Positions 1-11,473 of a stretch of DNA of 64,000 nucleotides are shown here, in pieces (within the stretch, counting starts at the first letter, position 1; each line of letters begins with the position of its first letter). The DNA comes from Pachysolen tannophilus NRRL Y-2460. Its lineage: Eukaryota. Position numbers and translations under genes: made by a program. The stretch lies in the NCBI GenBank assembly GCA_001661245.1, contig KV454018.1, positions 631,569-695,568 of the forward strand, given 5' to 3'. The notes beneath the pieces were generated by a model that was given only the letters and a program-made list of their open reading frames with translations, was not told the origin of the DNA and made no database searches.

Positions 1-768
1 AACTTTCTTTATTGAGTCATCATCATGTTCTTCTTCTCCGTCTTCTTCACTTTCTTCTTCATCGGTGTCTAGGTTTTTTCTATTTACATTTCCTAACATC
101 CATAAATCTTGTCCCTGTGCCATTTCTTTCCTTTCCAGTCTTTCTTTTTCAACTTCTTCAATATATCTACTTTGAGCTTTTTCAATTGATTCAGAGTCAG
201 TACACGATTGATAAATTTCTAATAACTCCTTATTTACATCCAAGAAAGTCAACCCCCAGCTAAATTTTTCCAAGATCATTTCTGCCCATTCGGTTTTCCC
301 TACAATTGCAAAACAAGCTGCTAATGCTTCAACGCAATTTAATCTCCAAGGCCTACCATAGTTCACAGGGTTTGCAGCAAATAAATAAGGTAACAACCTC
401 TCATATCTACCACCAATTTTTTTAAAAGGAATTTCGTCCAATCTTGCCCAAGAACATTCCACTACTGCCGCACCATTTTGTTCAACAATAGATAAATCGT
501 TTGGACACACAAACCCTTTCCCATTGGGAGAAACAACAACACCTTGAAATTTTTGACCAATCCTCAAGTTTTTAATTAATCCTAACCTCTCCAACTTTTT
601 ACCACTACATCTCTTTGGATCGCAATGATCAAAATCCCACATGCCCAATTTAAATGGAAGATCACTTATAACATGTTGTCTCGTCTCTTGATGACGATGT
701 TTCGAATGCGATTTTGGCTTATGAGAGCTCCTCTCTTCGGTAGATACCTTATTCTTTCCCTTACCCAT
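1..768 (-). CDS. TSR3: 18S rRNA aminocarboxypropyltransferase Tsr3 (runs off window start; absent from ORF track)
   Basis: ATG at 768 (-) reads MGKGKNK...MWDFDHCDPKRCSGKKL...VECSWARL...RLLPYLFAANPVNYGRPWRLNCVEALAA; open to position 1. Confidence 0.93.
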   Translation of the reverse strand, partial: MGKGKNKVSTEERSSHKPKSHSKHRHQETRQHVISDLPFKLGMWDFDHCDPKRCSGKKLERLGLIKNLRIGQKFQGVVVSPNGKGFVCPNDLSIVEQNGAAVVECSWARLDEIPFKKIGGRYERLLPYLFAANPVNYGRPWRLNCVEALAACFAIVGKTEWAEMILEKFSWGLTFLDVNKELLEIYQSCTDSESIEKAQSRYIEEVEKERLERKEMAQGQDLWMLGNVNRKNLDTDEEESEEDGEEEHDDDSIKKV

Positions 769-1001
769 TATTTCAGCTTTACCTCTATAACCTCTATAAC
801 CTCTGTAATCTTCCTCTAATATTGGAAAATCAACTCTTTTTCTTTATTAAATTGATTAAAAGAATTTTTGAAAAATTTATCAAAATTTTTTTTTTTCTTT
901 TTCTTTTATAAATAATATTTCTATTTTATAAATAAAACCTTTTTTATTTTTTAATATTAAGAAAATGGTTCATATAGAATTGCACCAATTTGCAATAGAT
1001 T

Positions 1002-4000
1002 ATGAGGAATAAAAGCAATAATAATAGTATCAACTCTCATCTTCCGTTGTTGTTGAATCCTTTTTTGAATGCTTTGTTCAATCATCCAAATCCTGCCAAG
1101 TCAAATCTTAGTAAGACAATCAATTTATTAAAGGAATATCCAAATGATTATATATTGCTAGTGCCCAGTACTCTTTCGTTATTGCTGTTGAAGAACCAAT
1201 GTCATCAGGAAGAGTTTGTGAATAATCATGTGATAACAGTGAAAGAGTATCAATCGTTGAATAATAAGGTATATAAGGTTAGGAAAAATTATTTGTATCA
1301 TGATGGAGTCAAGATAGCAAAGTTATTAGAGAATAATTTTTTTGTTAGTTTTAACAATTATCTTCCAAATGATCTGTTTTATAAGGTGATACATATACTG
1401 GAGCCAATTGTTTTCAGTAAGGATAACAAAGGTAATGGAGTTAATGCGAAGTATCAACAACAACAACAACAACAGCAACAGCAGCAACAGCAGCAACTTG
1501 AGATAGATGCTCTTGATGATTCGCTGGATTTCACTCAATTATCAAGAGAGTTCCCAGTAATTTTCAATCCAGTTGGAGAATTATTCAAAAATTTTTTCAA
1601 AAATTTAAATTTGAAATCAATTGATGATATAGGTCTGCTTACAAACAGTTTTAACAGCATTGTACAAAGAGGAAATTCGATTTTTTTAGATAGTTTGGAT
1701 AGGAAAACTTATCAGAATGAGATGCTAGCAAAATATCCGAATTTGGATTTGAATAAATGTTTATTCAATTATATCGAAATGAATGTATACGAGAAGTTTT
1801 GGAATCAACTAGCAAGTAAGTGTGAAGATGAAAATAAGATTCTTGATAGCCATTATGAAGAATTATCTAATTTATCCTTAAATCAACTTGGTTTGCCAAA
1901 TTATTTTAAATTATATTTTGCAGTTGACAAAAAAAATTTAATTATGTTGGAAAAATTGATAAATAGATCAATTGAAGAATTTTCCAAATTGAAGTTTTCA
2001 AATACTTCAGAAACAAAATGTAAAATATTAGTAAATGTATTCAAGATATTAACTAGTGTAACTAATGATAATATAATAGATGCAGATTCATTAATAGGAT
2101 TATTAATAATGGTGATAGTTCATTCAAAAGTTCCCAATTTGTACAGTCATTTGATATATATTAAGAATTTTTCTTATGATTTGGTAGCTTTAGAAAGTGG
2201 ATTTATGGGTTATGTAACTTCTTCATTTGAAGCTGTATTGAATTACTTTAAAAATGAATCGAATTTGAAAACTTTGATTCTGTATTCCCTTGAAAATGGG
2301 AAATGCTGGTCATTATTGAAGTCGAATGATGATGAAGTATCAATTAAAAAATTGTTGATTGCCAAATTAGATATTTATGATGGTAAAATTATTCCGGTTG
2401 AAAATTTTATATATTCTAGGACTTTAAAAGGTGAATCGATATTAGCCTTAGCAGTTCAATCTAATAATTATAATATATTCAAAACTGTTATTGATTATGA
2501 GTATATTTTCCCCATAGATGATATCTTAAATGACAGAACAATGGATGGATTAAATTTATTGAAGTTGGCGCTATTGCTGGACAATGACGAAATAACTAAT
2601 GAATTAATAAAAATTCTTATGAGTTCAACAACCAAGGCAGAGAAAACAATGTATTTCAACCAGTTAGATAAAAGAAATAGAAATGTTGGTCATTATTTGT
2701 TCAACGAGAATTATATTAAAGTTCTTGGTTCATACATTAATTGGGAACAAAAAGATGTGAATCATCAAACTCCGTTTCATACGATTTTAAGGTTTTATGA
2801 TCATTCTAATTATAGTGAGTTAGTTGAAATTACTATAAATGTTGTCAAGAAATGGTATCTCACTCACAATTTAAAATTTGACTACTCAAAACATAATGAT
2901 GGTAAAAATAATACATTATTGCACATAATTTTAAAAGATTTGTTTCGATTGTTGGAAAATTTTGAAAATTTAAACCTTAATGAATTTAATAATAAAAATT
3001 TGACACCTTTAATGTATTATATTAAATATAATAGGACTGAGAATATCAATGATATCTTGAAAGATAAGAGATTGATTTTAACAAAATATGATCCTAAATA
3101 TTATTTAAGCAGTTTGGATTATATTAAAATTGATTTGAAGAAATTAATTCAACAACATCAGCATCCGGATAAAAATTTGTTGTCGGAGAACGGCAATGAG
3201 AATAATATAAGTAGTAATGGCAAACATAATGGTAGCATCAACAATATCAATATTAATATAAATATCAATGGAGATGGAAAAAATAGTAATAATCATATTG
3301 AAAATATAGTAGATCAATTTTTCATAAAACAAAATTTTGAAATTGTTGATAATAAAACTTTTGGAATTACAAGAATAAAGATTGACAATATAAATAAAGA
3401 TTATTGTTTGTTTTTCAAATCACTAATAGTAGATAATCAAGAAACTGAAAACTGGTATACAAATATTCATAATCTCAAAGATTATGAACAATTGTTAAAA
3501 TTAATTAAATTTGAGAATCCAAACAGTTTTTTCAATTTAAAGATTTTTACAAATACAATAGATTTAAGTACTTATGATTCTTTAAAGATTAATAATTTCA
3601 ACAAATTTCAATTAAAATATTATTGGAATTTTTTTTTAAACAATTTGAATAGATCTTTATTATTATTATCTCCAAACATCAAGAATTCGGAGATTTTGTG
3701 GGAATTTTTAATAATTCCAGGAAATTTGAATGAATACGAAATTTTCCAAAAAATTGAAAATAAGTTAAGTAATGAAAGAGAGAATTTTGTTGTAAAACAG
3801 CAACAAATAAACAGCATTGGTTTAAATCTTACAATTGATAAAGTAGATGAAATCAATTTTTTCTTAAAGATCAATTTAAATGAATTTTTGAATTTTGAAA
3901 AATGTTTGAGTAGATTTATTAAAATATTAATATTCAACTATTATAAATTAAAAGATATGAATTTTATTCAAGAAAATTTTTTAAAAATTGATAATTGCAA

Positions 4001-4634
4001 ATTATTTCCTTCTACTCTTTTATTTCAAAAATTGGCCAAAATTCATAATGAATCTTCAATAAATGAGATTATGTTAAATTTTATTGTTGCTTTAAAAATC
4101 CTTTTAAGTTATTTAAGAGAATTGATAAATAATTTTAAAAATTTTGTTAATACTAAAATTAATAAGTGGTTTGAATTGAATGATAAGTCAAAGAAAATCA
4201 ATCAGGAATTGAAAAGATTACAGGCAATTGAAGAGAGAAATAGTCGCAATAATAACACAGATAATGGCAGCAGCCGAGCTACTGGAGAAGATAGGAGTGA
4301 TAACAATGACTCAATGAGATCTGCATCATCCTCAACTACAGCAGCAGCAGCAGCTGCAAATGCAACAACTTCTTTTTTGTTTTCATCTATAGTTCAAACC
4401 AAGAAAACAAGACAGCTGAAAATTGAAAATTTAATAACAGAACAAAATGTACTTGTTAAAAGATTTGAAAACCTTGATATAGATTTGAAACAAAATTATG
4501 AATCAATTATACTGGAAATCAACAATTTTTTAAAATTTAAAAAAACATTCTTAAAGAATGAGTTCAAAAAATTGTGCATAGAGAATTTAAAAGATTTAAA
4601 GATGAAATTATACGCATTAGAAAGTAAAAGATGA
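1002..4634 (+). CDS. VRL1: VPS9-domain/ankyrin-repeat/PX-BAR-like protein (Vrl1/VARP-like)
   Basis: N-terminal HLPLLLNP, VPS9-like DADSLIGLLIMVIVHS...GYVTSSFEA, ankyrin-like GESILALAV / QTPFH / NTLLH / LTPLMYY, helical C-terminus. Confidence 0.7.
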   Translation: MRNKSNNNSINSHLPLLLNPFLNALFNHPNPAKSNLSKTINLLKEYPNDYILLVPSTLSLLLLKNQCHQEEFVNNHVITVKEYQSLNNKVYKVRKNYLYHDGVKIAKLLENNFFVSFNNYLPNDLFYKVIHILEPIVFSKDNKGNGVNAKYQQQQQQQQQQQQQQLEIDALDDSLDFTQLSREFPVIFNPVGELFKNFFKNLNLKSIDDIGLLTNSFNSIVQRGNSIFLDSLDRKTYQNEMLAKYPNLDLNKCLFNYIEMNVYEKFWNQLASKCEDENKILDSHYEELSNLSLNQLGLPNYFKLYFAVDKKNLIMLEKLINRSIEEFSKLKFSNTSETKCKILVNVFKILTSVTNDNIIDADSLIGLLIMVIVHSKVPNLYSHLIYIKNFSYDLVALESGFMGYVTSSFEAVLNYFKNESNLKTLILYSLENGKCWSLLKSNDDEVSIKKLLIAKLDIYDGKIIPVENFIYSRTLKGESILALAVQSNNYNIFKTVIDYEYIFPIDDILNDRTMDGLNLLKLALLLDNDEITNELIKILMSSTTKAEKTMYFNQLDKRNRNVGHYLFNENYIKVLGSYINWEQKDVNHQTPFHTILRFYDHSNYSELVEITINVVKKWYLTHNLKFDYSKHNDGKNNTLLHIILKDLFRLLENFENLNLNEFNNKNLTPLMYYIKYNRTENINDILKDKRLILTKYDPKYYLSSLDYIKIDLKKLIQQHQHPDKNLLSENGNENNISSNGKHNGSINNININININGDGKNSNNHIENIVDQFFIKQNFEIVDNKTFGITRIKIDNINKDYCLFFKSLIVDNQETENWYTNIHNLKDYEQLLKLIKFENPNSFFNLKIFTNTIDLSTYDSLKINNFNKFQLKYYWNFFLNNLNRSLLLLSPNIKNSEILWEFLIIPGNLNEYEIFQKIENKLSNERENFVVKQQQINSIGLNLTIDKVDEINFFLKINLNEFLNFEKCLSRFIKILIFNYYKLKDMNFIQENFLKIDNCKLFPSTLLFQKLAKIHNESSINEIMLNFIVALKILLSYLRELINNFKNFVNTKINKWFELNDKSKKINQELKRLQAIEERNSRNNNTDNGSSRATGEDRSDNNDSMRSASSSTTAAAAAANATTSFLFSSIVQTKKTRQLKIENLITEQNVLVKRFENLDIDLKQNYESIILEINNFLKFKKTFLKNEFKKLCIENLKDLKMKLYALESKR

Positions 4635-4786
4635 AAAGATGTTTTATATTTAATGATTATTTTTCTTTTCAATATTCATATACCATTGCAAAATCAACAA
4701 TAACAACAACAAAAAAAAAGAAATATATATAGAATACAAATTATTTAATTCCATAAATAGTAAAACTAAAGATTTTAATTTGTTCT

Positions 4787-5593
4787 TTATAAGAAGAAAC
4801 TTAAGAAATAAAGTGCAACCAAGACTAACAAGACTAGAAAAATTAAAAGTTGAGCAATACCAAACTTGTAAATGTATAAATCTTTTAATTGTTGAAGATA
4901 TTGGATCATAACTTTACTAGATAATTTTGATTCACCTTCGACTCTAACACCGAATGTAAATGGAACATCTACAATCGAACCTTTACCACCATTTGGCAAT
5001 GGTATTTTGGTCAACAACTCCAAGGCAATCTTAAAACCTTTATCATTTATACCTTCAATAATATGACGCTGATCACCTTCACCATTGAAAAGATATTTGC
5101 TTTGTAACCCAAAAAATCCACTCATTGGATCAGAAGCCGGTGTTAAAGGTAATGCCAACAACCTAGCTCCAGAAGATATTACCCTCCTATATAATGGCCA
5201 ATCTTTATCAATTTCAATACCTGGAGCATAACGGGTACCCAATACAAATGGGTTTTTCTCTAATTGTTGAATCATTGTTGGAACAACTTCTGGTGGATGT
5301 TGTAAATCAGCATCCATACAAATTAAATATTGTCCCTTAGCCTCTTTAAATCCTCTCAATACAGCAGAACTCAAACCTCTCTCCGTAGTTCTAACTATAA
5401 TACGAACATTATAACCGGCTTTCTGTAATCTTTCAACTTCTTCCACAGAACCATCTTGAGAATTATCATCAACAAATATTAATTCCGTTTCTTTAGATTT
5501 CTTATTACCTAAAGCTTCGAACAATCTCCTGGTTAATGGCTCAACATTAAGCTTCTCATGGTAAGCTGGAACAATAACTGAGCAACTGATCAT
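4787..5593 (-). CDS. DPM1: Dolichol-phosphate mannosyltransferase, S. cerevisiae class with C-terminal TM tail
   Basis: SVIVPAYHEKLN, IFVDDNSQDGS, RGLSSAV, CMDADLQHPPE, SDPMSGFF; hydrophobic C-terminus. Confidence 0.95.
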   Translation of the reverse strand: MISCSVIVPAYHEKLNVEPLTRRLFEALGNKKSKETELIFVDDNSQDGSVEEVERLQKAGYNVRIIVRTTERGLSSAVLRGFKEAKGQYLICMDADLQHPPEVVPTMIQQLEKNPFVLGTRYAPGIEIDKDWPLYRRVISSGARLLALPLTPASDPMSGFFGLQSKYLFNGEGDQRHIIEGINDKGFKIALELLTKIPLPNGGKGSIVDVPFTFGVRVEGESKLSSKVMIQYLQQLKDLYIYKFGIAQLLIFLVLLVLVALYFLSFFL

Positions 5594-6014
5594 CTCCGCA
5601 AATAGATCTCTATAGATAGATAGATAGATAGATTTTAATTGGATACTAACTATTCAAGAGTTTTCCTTTCAATTAGCAAATTTAAAGAATATTTTTATTT
5701 TTTATTTTTTTTTCATCTTCAACGTTACGTGTTTTTCTAAGCAAAAATACTCAAAAACTCAGTTACAAGAGAGAGAGATTGAAATTAAACTTGAAACCCC
5801 CATTTCTAATTGAAAAATGACAATGATAAAGAGCAGTCTATATTCAGGATAGAAGTAGAACTTCAACTTGGAACTTGTTTATTATTAAATTAAAAAAAAA
5901 AAAGAAGAAAAAAGAAGTATAATAGAAATAGTTGAAATAAAAATTAGAATAGATAAAACCTTATAATTTGTAAAGTTGAAAAGTTGGAAATACCCTATTT
6001 TTTCTGTAATTGAA

Positions 6015-7181
6015 CTAACTACGTCTATTAGCACCACCTAAGAATTGATTAGCTAGATTCTGTAACATTGGATTGTTCAACAATTCTGAAATATCAGGTT
6101 GTTGTTGTTGTTGTTGTGTGTTATCAGAAGAAGATGTGGTTTCGTCTGTGGCCGAAGCATTAGCCGAAGTACCGGAACCAGCACCGGAACCAGCATTGGT
6201 ACCAGCACCACCAAGACCCATGCTTTGTGCCATTTGACGAATTGATGGGTTATTCATTAGTCCTTGTAAAGCTTCTGGATTTTGCATCATCTGCTGAGCG
6301 GCTTGCATGAGTTGTGGATTGTTGAACATTTCAGCCAATCCACCAGCACCACCAGCACCACCTGCGCCACCACCAAACATTGAACCTAAATCTGGGAACC
6401 CACTACCAGCACCTTGAGTACCTTGAGTACCTCTACTACCACTACTACCACTACCACTATTAGTACCATCATTACCGCTACTTTGGATCGATGATTCCAA
6501 TTCTTGTTGAACTCTAGCTTTTGCAGTTTCATAACCTTTCTTCATAGAAGCAGAAGGATTTTCACCTTCAGCTTCTAAACCTGCTTTATATGCATCCATA
6601 GAACCTTTAATATCACCAAGAGCAAATTTAGCCAAACCTAATCTTGAATAAGCTTTGGCATAAGTACCATCACTTTCAATTGCCTTTTCAGCATCTTTTA
6701 TAGCTAAATCATGTTTTTGAATAGATGAATAAGCCGCTGCTCTATTTGAAAGATAAACTGAATTTGTTGGAATTAATTCAATTGCTTCAGTATATTTTTT
6801 AATTGCTTCATCATAATCTTTTCTTGACATTGCCCTATTACCTTCTAATTTTAAAGCTTCTGCTTTACTTCTTAATTCAACATCTTCAACTGGAATATGA
6901 ACAGGAATACTAGAAGCTTCTGAATCTTCTAGTTTCTCATCATCACCAGTTTTTAAACCTGATTTCAAACCAGCCTCAACTAATTCAGGTAAACACTTAC
7001 CTTCAAATCTCGTTGCAATCGTCAATGCATCATCATCTTTATTCACACCATAAGCATCTGCTACACAATCAATAGCAACATCCATTGATTCAATAAAATC
7101 CGGAGAAATCTCATTATTTGATACCGATTTTTTTAAAAAACTAATTATTGCCAACGCAATATCACCATTAGAAATAGACAT
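6015..7181 (-). CDS. SGT2: TPR co-chaperone of the GET pathway
   Basis: N-terminal ESMDVAIDCV dimerisation domain, TPR (AEALKLEGN, YLSNRAAAY, KAYSRLG), Q/M-rich NNP C-terminus. Confidence 0.93.
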   Translation of the reverse strand: MSISNGDIALAIISFLKKSVSNNEISPDFIESMDVAIDCVADAYGVNKDDDALTIATRFEGKCLPELVEAGLKSGLKTGDDEKLEDSEASSIPVHIPVEDVELRSKAEALKLEGNRAMSRKDYDEAIKKYTEAIELIPTNSVYLSNRAAAYSSIQKHDLAIKDAEKAIESDGTYAKAYSRLGLAKFALGDIKGSMDAYKAGLEAEGENPSASMKKGYETAKARVQQELESSIQSSGNDGTNSGSGSSGSRGTQGTQGAGSGFPDLGSMFGGGAGGAGGAGGLAEMFNNPQLMQAAQQMMQNPEALQGLMNNPSIRQMAQSMGLGGAGTNAGSGAGSGTSANASATDETTSSSDNTQQQQQQPDISELLNNPMLQNLANQFLGGANRRS

Positions 7182-7515
7182 AATATAAAAAACCTTATAA
7201 TACTTTAGAACTTGATCCAGTAACCTTCTAATAAGATTATAAAATCAAAGTTCTTAAATTTACTATCTATCTTATCTATCTATATATCTATCAATATATC
7301 TATCAATCAATCTATCTAAACCGCTGTTCGTCCATCAAACACCATTAAAAAAAAAAAGAGATGAAGAATCAATCGAGAACATTCCAAAAAAACCAAAAAA
7401 GGAAAAAAGACAACCACCAAAAACAACATTCCCGATTGGGAAGTCATAAATTTTTTCTCCATTATAATGGGAAAAATGGTGGATTTGATCCATTTTGTGC
7501 GCCATTTGATTGATT

Positions 7516-9387
7516 TCAATTATCATTGGTATTAGAATTGGTGTCTGAGTGAGTGTGAATTGGAATTGGAATTGGGGTAGAGGAATTTGTGTTTGAACTT
7601 GTAGTGTTTTGTGAATTGATGTTTGATAAGTCCTCATAATTGATTTCATCTACAAAATTATTATCTCCTAATTTAAAACAATAATCATTTTCATTAGTTT
7701 TAATCAAGTATCTTACCCATGGGAATGATTGATAACTTTCTTTAAAAGTTGGTTCAACGATTTTTAAAAATTCTAATTTCAAACCGCTATAAGATGCAAA
7801 TGGTATTTCAAAATTACAATAAATTAAATTATTATTTGTATTTAAATTTTTTTCATTAATTTTAAATTGATTTTCTTTTATTTTTCCATCATTTTTAATA
7901 TTTAATTTAGATAATTCTTCTTGTAATCCAATATAATATAAAGAATTATTATCTGCTTTATCATAATATGCATTTTTTTGTAACATTTTTAATAATTCAT
8001 CTTGAGGAATTAATTCAAATTCACTAATCATTTCAAATTTATTATCATCATCATTATTGTTTAATTTACTATTTGTAAAAGTACTACCAGATGAATCTCC
8101 AACAATTGAAGGAATTTTCCAAATAATTAAATTTTCATTTAAATTTAAAATTACATTACCAATTTTTGTTTTAAATTTTGGCAGTTTATTAAAATTTATC
8201 TTTAATTTTAAAAAATCATCTTTATTTTGTTTTATTAATAATGGAATTGAAATTTCTAAATTTTTAATCATAAATTTTTTTCTAAATAATGTCTTTAAAT
8301 TAACAGTTAATTTTAATTTAAATTTTTCAACTCCATTTTTGTCACCATTTTTCCTTTTATTAAAAATTTTATATAATGGATTTATTAAAATTAAAGGTTT
8401 TAAATTAATTGTACTAATATTAATGATTTGATATGTAATTAATTTAACAAAACCATCCGGTGGTATAAATTGAATTAAATTATTTGAAGTTATATTTGAA
8501 AGTTCAATACATTGATGGAAATTAATATTATCAAATATAATTTTTTTTTTCTTATTATCATTTTTATTATTATTTAAATTTAAATTTTGTGAATTATCAT
8601 CATCAATTGATTTATAAAAATTTGAAATTAATGATTCATTTAATCCAATTTTACAAATTGGCATTCCTGAAAGATAATTTTTACAATTAATCTCTCCATT
8701 AATTATATTTTTTTTAATTTCATTTGTTTGTAAATTATAATTAAAAGATATTTTTTCAATTAAATTTATAAAAATTTCATTTTTTTTATAAAAAATTCCC
8801 TTTGGTCTCCATGATATTGAAGTTGTTGTAGTTCTTGATATTGATGAATTAATCATATTTGAAGTATCTAAATCTCCAACAATTCTATCCTTTTCATCTT
8901 CATCTTTTGTTGTAGATTTTATTTTATCATTATCATTTAAAATATATTCTCTTAACATACTAAAATCTGTTAATTGAGGTATTCCAAAATCTAAAATTTC
9001 ATCAAATAATTGATAAATTAAAATATAATTTTCTTTTATTAATTCTTTATCTAATTTACCAATTGAATCATTATTTATTGATGTTACAGTTGTTGTATTT
9101 TGAATTAATAAATAATTTTGTAATAATTCAACAAATTTATATAAATATGATAATAATAACATTACATTTGTATTTTTAAAACAAAGTGTTAATATTACTA
9201 TATCATTATGAGTAATATAAATATAATTTATTCCATCATGATGTATAACTGGAACATGATTATTAACATTATTATTTTTTATTTTCTTAAAATTAGATAT
9301 TATTAAATGTGAATTTAAATCTTGTTTATAAACTCTTGATATTATGATATCAAAATTATCATCTAAAATATAAACTGCACTTGACAT
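7516..9387 (-). CDS. Clathrin adaptor medium (mu) subunit, AP-1 type (Apm1/Apm2-like)
   Basis: IYQLFDEILDFGIPQLTD, ISWRPKGIFYKKNEIF, YLSGMP, FHQCI, FIPPDG, SGLKLEFLKI, PWVRY. Confidence 0.85.
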   Translation of the reverse strand: MSSAVYILDDNFDIIISRVYKQDLNSHLIISNFKKIKNNNVNNHVPVIHHDGINYIYITHNDIVILTLCFKNTNVMLLLSYLYKFVELLQNYLLIQNTTTVTSINNDSIGKLDKELIKENYILIYQLFDEILDFGIPQLTDFSMLREYILNDNDKIKSTTKDEDEKDRIVGDLDTSNMINSSISRTTTTSISWRPKGIFYKKNEIFINLIEKISFNYNLQTNEIKKNIINGEINCKNYLSGMPICKIGLNESLISNFYKSIDDDNSQNLNLNNNKNDNKKKKIIFDNINFHQCIELSNITSNNLIQFIPPDGFVKLITYQIINISTINLKPLILINPLYKIFNKRKNGDKNGVEKFKLKLTVNLKTLFRKKFMIKNLEISIPLLIKQNKDDFLKLKINFNKLPKFKTKIGNVILNLNENLIIWKIPSIVGDSSGSTFTNSKLNNNDDDNKFEMISEFELIPQDELLKMLQKNAYYDKADNNSLYYIGLQEELSKLNIKNDGKIKENQFKINEKNLNTNNNLIYCNFEIPFASYSGLKLEFLKIVEPTFKESYQSFPWVRYLIKTNENDYCFKLGDNNFVDEINYEDLSNINSQNTTSSNTNSSTPIPIPIHTHSDTNSNTNDN

Positions 9388-9566
9388 TGAATCATTGATT
9401 CATTAAATGATATATATAAATATATATTATAATTTTTTATAAACTTTTCAAGAAATTGCCTTTGTTCTTTGTTTTAAATATAATAAATATAATTAATATA
9501 TTTTTTGTTAGTTCTTTTCTTTTTTTATTTTATTATTTTTTTTTATTATGTCAAAATAACAATAAA

Positions 9567-9979
9567 ATGATCAATAAAATATCAAAGATTCCACCTATAA
9601 AGCTAACAAGCCAACAAATAACTGGGAACTTAATTGGATTAAGGAATTGGGTTTGTAAAGATAATAATACTAGTATTTCAAAAGATTTTAATTTTAAAAA
9701 TTTTGAAGATACTTGGGTAAGTTTTTATATATAAAAAAACAAAGAGTAAATAAAATACATAAACATAAATTGAATTTTTACAAATATTAATATTAATAAA
9801 TTTAGTCATTTTTAACAAAAATTTCAATGAGATCTCATCTTATTGGACATCATCCAACTATTGTCAACACTTATAATAAAGTAAATTTGAAATTAACTAC
9901 TCATGATTGTAATGGTTTAAGTGATATAGATTTTAAAATGGCAAAGAAATTTGATGATTATTACAAGAATTACGAGTAA
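9567..9979 (+). CDS. Pterin-4-alpha-carbinolamine dehydratase family (spliced: 9567-9716, 9806-9979)
   Basis: Intron 9717-9805 GTAAGT...TATTAAT...TAG joins FKNFEDTW|SFLTKISMRSHLIGHHPTIVNTYNKVNLKLTTHDCNGLSDIDFKMA; HHP and THD motifs. Confidence 0.9.
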
Positions 9980-10208
9980 TTGTTTTTTTTTACAAAATAA
10001 TTTATAAATATAAATATATATATATATTCGACACATGCCCTATGTAATTAAATACAAATAAATCCCTTGAACAACAATAAAAAAGAATAAAAAAAAAACA
10101 AACCAACTTATATAAGAATGAATATGATAATAAATAGTAAACTGAATAAAGGACGTTACGTTTAGTTTAAAAAAAATTTTTTTTTTTCTTTTTTACAAAT
10201 TTCAAATT

Positions 10209-10997
10209 TCAATTATTTTGATTGTCCTTATTTTTCAATTTCTTTTCGAATTTTTCAAATTCGTTAATTGCAATTTCTTCTTCTGGATCCAATATAGCTT
10301 TAACTTCATTAACTTCTTCAATATAATGTTTTAACATTTGTTCTATACCATTTTTTAAAGTTTCAGTACTTAAAGAACAAGATTTACAAGCACCTTGAAG
10401 TTTTATATAAACAACTCCAGATTCTGGATCAAATTTTCTAAATTTTATATCACCACCATCATCTTGTAATGCAGGTTGAATTCTTGTTCTTATTAATTCT
10501 TTAATTTCATAAGTAAGATCATCATCTGAATCTAAACCTTCATTATTTGTATTATTTAAATCACTTATAGAATAATTATCTGATAAAACTGGTAAATTTT
10601 CATCCATATGTTCTGAAATTGTTTTAACAATTTTTGGTTTAAGAATATCCCATTTTAATTCTTCAGAATGACTCAACTCATTTAAACCAACTTTATTAAC
10701 AGATATAAAATTTTCACCAATCATTAAAGATTTAACACCATTAATCTTAAAAAGTTTCTGAGCTAATGGAGAAACTTCAAATGCATCATTTAATGTTTCA
10801 ATCTGAATCGAATGATTTAACGCCGATGGTAAAAATCTTTTCTCCTTAGAAACAAACTTTAAAGCATTTTCATTTGGTGTTTGTTCAACTTTTAAATTTA
10901 AAAACCTTTTTCCAACAAAAGAAATAAAAGATAACCTTGGAACCGGCCTATAAACCGATCTCCTCAAGGCGCTTCCTACTAAACTTCCACTAATCAT
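10209..10997 (-). CDS. NFU1: Mitochondrial Fe-S carrier Nfu1
   Basis: Presequence-like N-terminus, TPNENALKF, RIQPALQDDGGDI, LQGACKSC, TLKNGIE. Confidence 0.95.
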   Translation of the reverse strand: MISGSLVGSALRRSVYRPVPRLSFISFVGKRFLNLKVEQTPNENALKFVSKEKRFLPSALNHSIQIETLNDAFEVSPLAQKLFKINGVKSLMIGENFISVNKVGLNELSHSEELKWDILKPKIVKTISEHMDENLPVLSDNYSISDLNNTNNEGLDSDDDLTYEIKELIRTRIQPALQDDGGDIKFRKFDPESGVVYIKLQGACKSCSLSTETLKNGIEQMLKHYIEEVNEVKAILDPEEEIAINEFEKFEKKLKNKDNQNN

Positions 10998-11357
10998 CTT
11001 ATCTATCTTCTTCTATACTTTATTACGCTCAAATAACATGCAAATTATTCAAGAACAGTAAATTATTAAATATAAAATATAATATAATATAATTTAATTA
11101 TTATAAAAACTTGTAGAAAGAGAAAAAATAGAAATGTTCTCCTTCTGTTTATATATATATATATATATTTATATTTTTATATGCAGTAAAGTAAGTAAGT
11201 CAGTAGTCAGTCAGTCAGTCAGTGAGATGAGCGAGAAAAAATTTAAAAAAATTTAATTTTTTTAGTGTTTCGGAACACGACCACACTTCGGCAATTCCGA
11301 AACTCGGCTTTGCACAAATGCCAGCGCATCATGCGGGCGCTTTGTATCTTTCAAAAA

Positions 11358-11457
11358 TGCGTACGCAAAAAAGTAATCACAAGGCGTGCGCATTAGTATA
11401 CGCATTATCGTAAGCTCTAGCGTACGCATTCATGTATGCACTCTAGCATACGCACTA
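11358..11457 (+). repeat. Six degenerate copies of a ~11-bp (R)YRTRYGCA(YT) motif
   Basis: tgcgtacgca, gcgtgcgcatt, gtatacgcatt, gcgtacgcatt, tgtatgcact, gcatacgcact. Confidence 0.7.
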
Positions 11458-11473
11458 ACTAAAAAAAATTAAG

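Noticed and set aside
12..819. Plus-strand ORFs 12-263 and 625-819
   Set aside because: Antisense shadows of TSR3
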